A DNA stretch of 64,000 bases from Kiritimatiellia bacterium. GTDB taxonomy: Bacteria; Verrucomicrobiota; Kiritimatiellia; RFP12; UBA1067. Of the stretch, positions 20,492 through 29,060 are shown one piece after another; positions within the stretch are counted from its first letter, which is position 1; each line of letters starts with the position of its first letter. Where the stretch lies: NCBI GenBank assembly GCA_050949565.1, contig JBMNFY010000001.1, forward strand, positions 64,001 through 128,000, given 5' to 3'. The position numbers and the translations under genes were made by a program. Under the pieces are notes generated by a model. It saw only the letters and a program-made list of their open reading frames with translations. It was not told the DNA's origin and ran no database searches.

Positions 20492-23195
20492 ATGATGAAA
20501 CAAAAAGTGATTTTCGCATGTCTGTTACTGTTTGGCGCAATGGCGCTCATGGCGGAGGATGCGTATGTGGAGACGGACTATACTCAGGGTCAGGGTATCA
20601 ACACAGGGTACTGCATGACGCCCAATACGCGCTGGGAGGTGGACTTTCAACTCACGGAGACGACCAACAAACAGGCGCGGATCGTCGGGGGCGACCATGA
20701 GGCTACCGACCCCAAATTTTTTGTCTCTTGCTATATTAATGGGGGCGGTCACTTCAGTTTCGGAGCGGGCAACACGTTCAAAGCGTTTTCGACCGGTATA
20801 CCGGTGGACACCGCCCGCCATACGGCAATTCTGGACTGTTTCACTAAAAAGATGTACTACATCGATGCCGCGGGTGTTACAAATTGGACGGGGACGATTG
20901 ATGTGGAATGTACGAAAACGGCGACCACACCGCTTGTCCTCTGCGCGGATGCGTATACGGCAGATGCCGCTCAAGTCACAAGATGCGCGTCTGCAAAAAT
21001 CTACGGCTTCAGGGTCTATGAGCAGGGGACGCTCGTGCGCGACTTCACGCCATGCATGAGGCGGGTTTGCCGGGGTTGCTGATTCGGTGACAGGACTGTT
21101 CGTCAAGGACGACCGCGTGGGTGCCGCCGCGCTCGCCTACGGCGGCGACATTGAATCGTATGAGGATGGTTATGTTGAATCCGCAGGCAATCAACATGTG
21201 AACAGCCGTTACTTTATGAACCCCGGCACGAAGGTGGAGATCGATTACGCCTTGACCGATGCCAAGGTGAACTCGCAGTGGCGTCTTGTCGGCGCGGACA
21301 AATCTGGCTGCAACACGTACTCCGCCATTTACATTGGCGGGGGCGGCGTGAGCTTCGGCACGGGCGATGCGTTTACGGGCCACGGCACGCAGGTCGCGCC
21401 GGATCTGCTGCGCCATACCTGCGTGATCGACAGTCCCGGCAACACGTATTACTACATTACCGGTGCAACCACGAACTGGCGGGGCACCATCGCCTCCACA
21501 CGCACAAAGACTGCTTTGCACCCGATGGGAATTTTCGGAGGTACTACCAGTGCGTCAGGGACCTCGTTTGTCGATCCTGCGAAGGCGAAGATTTATCGCG
21601 TGAAATTCTGGACGGACGGCGAGTTGCTCCACGACTATCTTCCGTGCGTGCAAGACGGTGTCGCCGGGTTCAAGGATCTGGTCGACGGCGCGTTTGTCAC
21701 GTCGGGCGGCTTGACCGCCGGTGGTGACATCGCCTCTGAGGAGGGTGATGGTTACATCGAAAGCACCGGGGGCAACCACTATATTGACACAGGGTATTAC
21801 TTCGGGCCAAAGACCCGTATCGATGCAGATTTCGCCCTCGTCGAGACCAACTTACAGCAGTTTGTCTTCGAGACTGGCACCGAAGTGGTGAGCCGGTTTT
21901 ATATCAACTGGGGGGGCCAATACGCTTGGACGTGTAACGACGATGTCGGCAACTGGACCTCCACCGGCATACCGCTCGCGACGTATGTACGGCGGTTGGG
22001 GACGATCGATGCCCACAACAAAACGGTTGCGTTTTCGACGGCGAGTTTCACCAATTACACTGCCACGATCACGAATTGCACCAAAACTTGCACAAGGCCG
22101 ATGATCTTACTCGCAAGTGTAAACAAGAACAGCAACTTCGCAAAGATGCGGCTGTATGGATTCAAAATCTACGAAGAAGACGTGCTGGTGCGTGACTACG
22201 TGCCGTACGTGATAAACGGTGTGGCGGGGCTGAAGGACACGCTCAGCGGCTCGTTTGCGGTGAGTGGCAACTACAGCGCTTTTTCTTGGGGCGGGAATAT
22301 TCAGGGTGAGTCGGGCGATGCCTACCTTGAAGCGGACGGCACACAGGCCATCAACACCGGCTACTTCCCCAATCCCGGAACGAAAATCGTTGCCGATTTC
22401 CAGATGATGACAGTTGTGGGGCAGATGCGTCCTTTCGGTGAGGCCAACACAATGAGCGCCGAACTTTATATCGACGGTTCGTCGACGGGGTCGGGCAACT
22501 TTGCGTTTGGCTTCGGGGATTCATGGACCAAATCGAAGACGATGGCAGCGAATGACAAACGGCATGTGGCCACGCTGGATATCATGAACAAGGGCTATTC
22601 CATTGTCACGGACGGGGCGGTTTCCCTTTCCGGAACCATCGCAAACGCCTGTACGAAAACGGCGGGCCATCCGCTGGCGTTGTACGCCAAAGCGACAAGT
22701 GCGGACGGTACGACATTCGATGGACTGGCGAAAATGAGGCTGTATTCGGCCAGAATTTACGAAGCGGGCGTGCTCGTGCGTGAGTTCCTGCCGTACAAGG
22801 ATGGCGAGACGGTCGGCCTCTACGACACCGTGACCGGCACGGTCAAGACCGACGCACTGTCATCGGCAACGGCGTTTACGGTCGGCGGCATGGGTGTGGA
22901 CGGCGGCGGATCGGCTTTTGTGGTCGCGCCGCAGAATACGGTGGTGGGTGCCAACCAGACGACCACACTCGCGGCCTATGCGCCGGGCGCGGTTGCGTAC
23001 CGCTGGACGAAAGACGGTGTTCTCATTGAAGGCGTGACCGGCGGCAGCCTGACGGTCGCATGGGAAAAGCTGCCGCTGCAGAGCGTGTACGCCGTGACGC
23101 CGGTTTATTCCGTCAATGGCAAGGCGGTTGAAGGCACGCCAACCACAGCCACTGTGAAAAATCTGCCGCGAGGTATGCTATTCTACATTCGCTGA
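20492..23195 (+). CDS. secreted protein with four ConA/LamG-like repeats + Ig-like domain; frameshift near 21060
   Basis: SD aggagg and signal peptide. Four repeats of Y(V/I/L)E...(N/D)TGY...IYxF(K/R)xYExGxLVR(D/E)(F/Y)xP split across ORFs 20492-21082 and 21087-23195. Ends PRGMLFYIR. Confidence 0.65.
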
Positions 23196-23240
23196 TGTGG
23201 CTGCAAGTCGCGGGTCGCGAGTAAAAGCACTGCTCTGCTG

Positions 23241-23425
23241 TTTCACGCGAAGGCGCGAAGACGCGAAGGTTTTTTGGAGGGCCTTACTCGGGTTTGTTTA
23301 ACCACAGAGAACACAGAGGGCACAGAGTTTTTTGGGGGCGTTGCTCGGCTTTTTGGAAGCGCCAAGGCGCCAAGAACGCCAAGGCGAGTCCCTGATTTTC
23401 ATGAAGTTTCATGTGTTTCATGGTG
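23241..23425 (+). repeat. tandem array of different triple 8/9-mer repeats with conserved linkers
   Basis: (RCGCGAAG)x3, (NNCACAGAG)x3, (CGCCAAG)x3, (TTTCATG)x3; the first two are followed by TTTTTTGG(A/G)GG..CTCGG.TTT. Confidence 0.8.
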
Positions 23426-23443
23426 TTGAATTCGAAAGTTTTG

Positions 23444-23473
23444 CTGACTTTCGGCACAGGGGCTGTCTATAAT
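23444..23473 (+). promoter_or_regulatory. candidate sigma70 promoter for the GDPD operon
   Basis: CTGACT-18 nt-TATAAT (23468-23473), followed by SD aaggag. Confidence 0.45.
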
Positions 23474-23504
23474 GGGGCAACCAGTAAAGGAGAAGAACGA
23501 GACA

Positions 23505-24468
23505 ATGAAAAAAGTGATGGTGATGCTGGCGGTGATGCTGGCGGGCGTGGCCGCGCAAGCGGAGCAGTGTTTGAACGGCGGCAGGGGTTCCGGCGGTAAT
23601 AAAACAGACCTGCTGCACCTCTCCCATGTGCATCGCGGCGGTGGGAAACTGGAAAGCCCGGACAATACCTTGGAGACGTTCAAGTGGTGTTGGGAGAATG
23701 GCAGCGCTCTCGAATGCGATTGCCGCAAGACGAAGGACGGCGTGGGTATCATGCTGCACGACGACACGCTTGCGCGTACGGCACGGGGCATCCCGGAAGA
23801 ATTGAAGAAGAAGTCCGTGTCGAAGGAGCTGACTTGGGACGAGATCAAGGACGTAGATGTGGGCTCGTACCTGTCGCCGAAGTTCGCGCATCATCGTATC
23901 CCGACGATCGACGCGACATTTGCAGCGATGAAGGGCAACCCGACCTATCTCTGCTTTGTGGATGAAAAGGGCGCAGGACCGGAATACATCGCGAAAAAAG
24001 CGCAGGAGGCGGGCGTGCAGGATCAGGTGTACTACACCGGCCCTAGCCACGCGAAGATTTTCGAGTGGAACAAGATCCTGCCCGGCGGCAAATCGCTGCT
24101 TTGGCTCGGCGCTTGGCCCAAGGGTCGGAGCGCGGCTGAGCGGACGCGTGCTGATACTTGGTTCCGCGATGCGATGGCGAAACTGCGTGCGAAAGAGTTC
24201 AAGTACATCTCCGCTAGTCTCGATCCACACCTACTACGATCCGAAAGATCCCGTCGATCCGTTCATCCCGTCGACGCCCCTCCTCAAGGAGATGGTCAAT
24301 GAGTTTCACTCGCATGGCATTCCCGTGGCCTCGATCCCGTTCGCGGGCGGTGAAACCGAAGAGGTGTACTTCAAGCTGTACGATTTGGGTTTTGACGCCT
24401 TCTCGACAGACTATCCGTCGGTGATGTTCTCGGTAATCCGCAAGCTCAAAGCGGGCAAGCGTGAGTAG
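23505..24468 (+). CDS. glycerophosphodiester phosphodiesterase (GDPD), frameshift near 24215
   Basis: Signal peptide; HRGGG..PDNTLETF, ECDCRKTKDG..MLHDDTL, IPT; C-terminus ...FSTDYP lies in another frame. Confidence 0.85.
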
Positions 24469-24486
24469 TTGGGCTCTTGCCCCCTC

Positions 24487-24535
24487 GTGGCATGGGCGTC
24501 CCGCCCATGAAACACGGGCAAGATGCCCGTGCCAC
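24487..24535 (-). repeat. 49-bp REP-like double hairpin (copy 1)
   Basis: Reverse complement of gtggcacgggcatcttgcccgtgtttcatgggcgggacgcccatgccac. Confidence 0.9.
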
Positions 24536-24559
24536 ACTTGTGAGCAAAGTTGTTTACGT

Positions 24560-25927
24560 ATGAAAAAACTGTTTGATGATGAGGTGATCGGCCGGCGCTT
24601 CCACCGCGGTCAGTGGCGGATGCTCGGCATGACGATCATCGGGTACACGCTCTTTTACTTCCTACGGAAGAACTTCAGTTTCGCGATGCCGGGACTCGAA
24701 CAGGATCTCGGTGTCTCCAAATCTATGCTCGGCAACTGTCTGTTCGCCGGCGGCATTGTTTACGGCATCTCGAAGTTCTTGAACGGATTCATCGGCGACC
24801 GTGTCAATGCGCGCAAGATGCTCTGCTTCGGGCTTGCGATCTGCGTGTGCGTGAACATCGCGTTCGGCTTTGCGGAGGAGATCGCCGGTCTCTTTTTGGG
24901 CGAGGGAGCGGACGCGGCTTCGCGTGTGGCGACACTGGCCGTGGTGATCGGCGGACTCTACGTTCTCAGCCAGTTCTTTCAGGGAACAGGCTTTCCGCCG
25001 TGTGCGAAGCTGCTTGCCTTCTGGATTCCGCCGAATGAGCTGGCCACCAAGATGAACCTGTGGAACACCTCGCACTCGATCGGTGGCGGGATCGTTGCGA
25101 AAATCTGCGGTGTGATCATGGGGCTCGGAGTGATCGGGAGCGCCAATCAGGGCATCGGAATGTGGAAGTGGTGCTTCTGGTCGATGGCCGCTTTGGGGTT
25201 CGCCGGTCTCGTGCTCCTGTGGTTCGGGCTTCCGGGTACACCGGAAGAGGAGGGGTTGCCGCCTGTCCCAGGAACGGAGACCTTGAAAACGGAGAGCCAG
25301 ACGACGATGATCAAAGGCGATCGTCCGTCTGTCTGGAAGGGAGTGTTCTCGCATCCGGCGATCTGGGTACTCGGATGTTGCAACTTCACGATCAATGCCG
25401 TGCGCGCGCTGGTGGCGGACTGGGGACCGACCATGCTGCAGGAGGCGAAGCACCTGACATCGTCCGAGGCCGGGACAGTGATTATGGCCTTCGAGTTCGC
25501 CGGTATTGCGGGCATGCTTCTGTCGGGCTGGGTGACGGACCGCTTCGCGGGCGGGCGCAGTCCGCGTGTCTGCGTGTTTCTGATGGCGCTCACGGCGTTG
25601 TTCCTATGGCTTTTCTTAAAGCTGCCGACCGGTGCCGCTTCCGGCGCGGCGCTGTGTGCGGTCGGGTTCTGCCTGTACGGGCCGCAGGCCCTGACGGGTG
25701 TCGCGGCGACCAATCTTTGCGGTAAACAATTTGCCGGGACATCCATCGGTTTTATCTCGCTCTTCTCGTACATCGGCGTGTCGATCTCCGGCAAGGTCTG
25801 CGGTACGCTCGCGCAATCAACGGGCGGGTGGCAGATGCCGGTAACGGTCATCGCCAGCACGGCGGTGGCCGGCATGGTGTTTTTCCTGTTGCTCTGGGGG
25901 GCGAAGGCCGACAATTATGGTGAGTGA
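24560..25927 (+). CDS. MFS organophosphate:Pi antiporter (GlpT/UhpT family)
   Basis: GYTLFYFLRKNFS, YGISKFLNGFIGDR, FQGTGFPP, WNTSHSIGG, YGPQ. Confidence 0.9.
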   Translation: MKKLFDDEVIGRRFHRGQWRMLGMTIIGYTLFYFLRKNFSFAMPGLEQDLGVSKSMLGNCLFAGGIVYGISKFLNGFIGDRVNARKMLCFGLAICVCVNIAFGFAEEIAGLFLGEGADAASRVATLAVVIGGLYVLSQFFQGTGFPPCAKLLAFWIPPNELATKMNLWNTSHSIGGGIVAKICGVIMGLGVIGSANQGIGMWKWCFWSMAALGFAGLVLLWFGLPGTPEEEGLPPVPGTETLKTESQTTMIKGDRPSVWKGVFSHPAIWVLGCCNFTINAVRALVADWGPTMLQEAKHLTSSEAGTVIMAFEFAGIAGMLLSGWVTDRFAGGRSPRVCVFLMALTALFLWLFLKLPTGAASGAALCAVGFCLYGPQALTGVAATNLCGKQFAGTSIGFISLFSYIGVSISGKVCGTLAQSTGGWQMPVTVIASTAVAGMVFFLLLWGAKADNYGE

Positions 25928-25931
25928 GAAT

Positions 25932-27287
25932 ATGTCAAAAAATATGATCGAAAGGGCGCTTGATAACGCCTGTGATACCAAAGTGTGTTTGATCGGCGAG
26001 GGCGTGCTTGAGCAGGTGCCGTGTCTCTTTAACGAACAGTTCGAGGGAGCATTAGATGCGTTCGTGGTCTGCGACCCTCGCACGAAGGTTGCGGCAGGCG
26101 AACGGGTGGCAGCGTTGCTCAAGGATGCCGGCGTCACCGTGAGCGAGCATGTGCTTGAGCCGGGCGGAGAGTTGGTCCATGCCGACTACCGCTATGTGGA
26201 AGAGATCCGCGCTGCCATCCAGTGCGCGATCGAACGGTCAGACGGGCGGACGCTCATCCCTGTGGCTGTCGGCTCGGGGGTGGTGAACGATCTCACCAAA
26301 CGTGCGAGCGGCGAACTCGGCGTCCCGTACATGGTCTGCGCGACAGCGGCGAGCATGGACGGCTATTCCAGTTTCGGGGCATCGATCCGCTCTCCAGAGG
26401 GCGCGAAGACGACCTATGCGTGCCCCGCTCCGCGTGTGATTGTGGCGGATTTAGAAGTGATGCGGACGGCTCCAGCGTGGATGGTCGCCAGCGGTTTCGC
26501 CGACCTGCTCTCGAAGGTGACGGCAGGCGCGGATTGGATTCTCGCGTTTGAATTGGGTGCTGCAGAGTGGCATGACCGTGCCTGGCATACCGTGCAGGAC
26601 GGCCTTCCCGAGGCCATCGGCGATCCTGAGGGTGTGGCGGCGATGGGGACGGCACCGCTCACGAAATTCGTCGAGGGGCTCATGCTCGGCGGCTTCGCCA
26701 TGCAGGACATGCAGAGTTCGCGCCCGGCCTCAGGCGCGGAGCACATGTTCAGCCACATCCTCGATATGCGCAACCACACCTACCGTGGCGCTAGCGTGTC
26801 GCATGGTTTTCAGGTAGGGGTGTACACGCACTTTATGGCGAAGCTCTACGAAGAGATACTGGCCTTCGACTACACGCAACTGGATGTGGAGGCCTGCGTC
26901 GCCGCATGGCCGGAATGGTCCGCCGAAGAGGCGGTCGTGGAAAAGATTCTGGCAGGAACGTCACTCGTCGAGGTCGGCAGGGTTGCCACAAAGAAGAAAT
27001 ACGTGGACAAAGCGGGACAACGCGCCCGGCTATCGGATTTGAAGCAACGCTGGCCTGCCATCAAGGCGCGCCTAGAGAAGCAACTGTTGCCGGCCAAGGA
27101 GATTGAGCGCAGACTGCGGGTTGTCGGTGCGCCCGTCCATCCCGAAGAGATCGGAGCGACGCGCGAGCAGTCGCTCCGTGACGTGATGGTCGCCGCGCAC
27201 ATGCGTGATCGTTACAACTCGCTTGATTTTCTCTATGCGACCGGCCAGATGGACCTCTTCGCCCGAAAAGCGATGGCAGTTAGTTAG
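25932..27287 (+). CDS. sn-glycerol-1-phosphate dehydrogenase (AraM/EgsA-like)
   Basis: AVGSGVVNDLTK, TAASMDGYSS, SGFADLLSK, SSRPASGAEHMFSH, HGFQVG. Confidence 0.88.
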   Translation: MSKNMIERALDNACDTKVCLIGEGVLEQVPCLFNEQFEGALDAFVVCDPRTKVAAGERVAALLKDAGVTVSEHVLEPGGELVHADYRYVEEIRAAIQCAIERSDGRTLIPVAVGSGVVNDLTKRASGELGVPYMVCATAASMDGYSSFGASIRSPEGAKTTYACPAPRVIVADLEVMRTAPAWMVASGFADLLSKVTAGADWILAFELGAAEWHDRAWHTVQDGLPEAIGDPEGVAAMGTAPLTKFVEGLMLGGFAMQDMQSSRPASGAEHMFSHILDMRNHTYRGASVSHGFQVGVYTHFMAKLYEEILAFDYTQLDVEACVAAWPEWSAEEAVVEKILAGTSLVEVGRVATKKKYVDKAGQRARLSDLKQRWPAIKARLEKQLLPAKEIERRLRVVGAPVHPEEIGATREQSLRDVMVAAHMRDRYNSLDFLYATGQMDLFARKAMAVS

Positions 27288-27365
27288 TTCATTAGTGCGT
27301 TACGGTTCGACAAGCGTGATAAAAAACAAGTTGTTTCGCCACGAAGGCTTTTTAAGGAGGACATA

Positions 27366-28685
27366 GTGATGAGACGGATGGTGTGTGCGGCTGTTGTCTG
27401 GGTGGCTGTGTGTTTGGGGATTTGGGCCGGGGCGGCGCCAGCAAAGATGGAGTTGGCAGGCGCGTGGCAGGTCAAGGTGACCTGTGGCGAGCAGACGGCG
27501 GTGCTCGTCGTGGATCCGCCGGATATGGTCACGGTGGTCGATGAGGCGTACGAGCGGCTGGCGCTGTTCCAAGGGCCGGAGTGGCGGCGCGGTACGCCGC
27601 TGCTGGGGCCCAAGGCCGAAGCGTGCAGCGTGGCGGGTGCGCTTGATCCGGCGACGCTGGTCGTGCGTGCCGGGCCGGGTGCAACGGCGCAGCTCTTTGA
27701 GCGTGGCAAGGATTATCAGCTTGAACCGCGCTGGGCCGGCTTCGGTCGGCTGGAGGGCGGGGCGATCGCGGCCGACCGTCCGGTGTACGCGAGTTATCGT
27801 TATGCCATGATGCGACTGGACAGCGTGGTGCTGAAGGCGGACGGGAGCCTGGCGGTGCGCAAAGGCGTGCCGCATGTGGCGACGCCGCGTCAGCCGGAGA
27901 TTGGCGACGGCGAAACGCGCGTGGGCAATGTCTGGTTGGCCGGACGCGTGGAACGCTTGACGGATGACCATCTGTTCCCGATTTTGGAGCACGCATACCC
28001 CGAGCCTAAATCCGCGCCGCCGGGCGCGTCAGCCGCAGAACGGTATCTGCCCAAGACCTTGGCCAAACTGCGCGCCGGGCAACCGGTTCGGATTTTAGCG
28101 TGGGGCGACAGCGTGACCGAGTGCGTGTACTTGCCGTTCCAGCAGAAGTGGCAGGAGCAGTTCGCCACCCGTCTGCGCGCGCGTTTCCCGGATGCCAGCA
28201 TCGTGATGTTGTCGGAAGGGTGGGGGGGACGCACCACAACCGCCTTCCGCAAAGAGCCGCCGGGCAGTCCGCGCAACTATGCCGAGAAGGTGTTGGCGCT
28301 CAAACCCGATCTGATCGTGTCGGAGTTCATCAACGACGCCTATATGAATGAGGCGGCGGTGTTAGAGAACTACGGGGCGATCCTCAAGGATTTCCAGCGG
28401 ATCGGCGCGGAGTGGGTCATTCTGACGCCGCATTACGCGCGGCCCGACTGGATGGGCCTGACACGGGAGCGGGAGATCGACAACGATCCGCGTCCTTATG
28501 TTCGCGGGCTCAGGCTGTTCGCGGAGAACAATTCTGTGGCGCTGGCCGATGCCTCGTTGCGCTGGGGCCGTCTTTGGCGGCAGGGGGTGCCGTATTCCAC
28601 GTTGCTGGTGAATGCCATCAATCACCCGGACGAGCGCGGCATGGCGCTGTTTGCCGATGCGCTGATGGCACTCTTTCAGGACTAA
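27366..28685 (+). CDS. secreted SGNH/GDSL hydrolase
   Basis: Signal peptide; AWGDSVT, GWGG, EFIND, NHP blocks. Confidence 0.8.
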   Translation: MMRRMVCAAVVWVAVCLGIWAGAAPAKMELAGAWQVKVTCGEQTAVLVVDPPDMVTVVDEAYERLALFQGPEWRRGTPLLGPKAEACSVAGALDPATLVVRAGPGATAQLFERGKDYQLEPRWAGFGRLEGGAIAADRPVYASYRYAMMRLDSVVLKADGSLAVRKGVPHVATPRQPEIGDGETRVGNVWLAGRVERLTDDHLFPILEHAYPEPKSAPPGASAAERYLPKTLAKLRAGQPVRILAWGDSVTECVYLPFQQKWQEQFATRLRARFPDASIVMLSEGWGGRTTTAFRKEPPGSPRNYAEKVLALKPDLIVSEFINDAYMNEAAVLENYGAILKDFQRIGAEWVILTPHYARPDWMGLTREREIDNDPRPYVRGLRLFAENNSVALADASLRWGRLWRQGVPYSTLLVNAINHPDERGMALFADALMALFQD

Positions 28686-28700
28686 GAAGTAACAGCGCTG

Positions 28701-28724
28701 GGAGGGACGAGCGTCTGCTCGTCC
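28701..28724. terminator. REP-like hairpin between convergent genes
   Basis: ggag-ggacgagc-gtct-gctcgtcc. Confidence 0.45.
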
Positions 28725-28751
28725 GGCGGCGGTTACGCCGCCACTTTGCGG

Positions 28752-29054
28752 CTATCTCCCAAACTTCCTGCGCAAGCAGGCGAGAATCGTGAGCGCGTTT
28801 TCGGATGGGCTGTGGTAGTAGACCTGCCGGCCGTCGCGGCGCGCTTGGATGATGCCCGCGAGCCGCATCTTGTTGAGGTGCTGGGAGACGGCCGCCTGCT
28901 GGCCGCAGACACCCGCGACAATCGCGCTTACCGTGCTTTCGCCGTGAAGGTCGATGTATTCGAGGATCCGCAGGCGTTGCGGGTGTCCGATGATCTTGAT
29001 CGTTTGTGAGACCTGATCCAGATACTCGTCGGGTAGTGGCTTCGGTTTCATCAC
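28752..29054 (-). CDS. ArsR/SmtB-family transcriptional regulator
   Basis: KIIGHPQRLRIL...AVSQHLNKMR..GIIQARRDGRQVYY. Confidence 0.92.
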   Translation of the reverse strand: MMKPKPLPDEYLDQVSQTIKIIGHPQRLRILEYIDLHGESTVSAIVAGVCGQQAAVSQHLNKMRLAGIIQARRDGRQVYYHSPSENALTILACLRRKFGR

Positions 29055-29060
29055 GGCCGC

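Noticed and set aside
23241-23425. CRISPR array
   Set aside because: Only two imperfect linkers, the variable units are internally repetitive, and there are no cas genes.
25932-27287. Archaeal-type ether lipid biosynthesis
   Set aside because: No GGGP/DGGGP synthase nearby; the context with phosphodiesterase and transporter points to catabolism.
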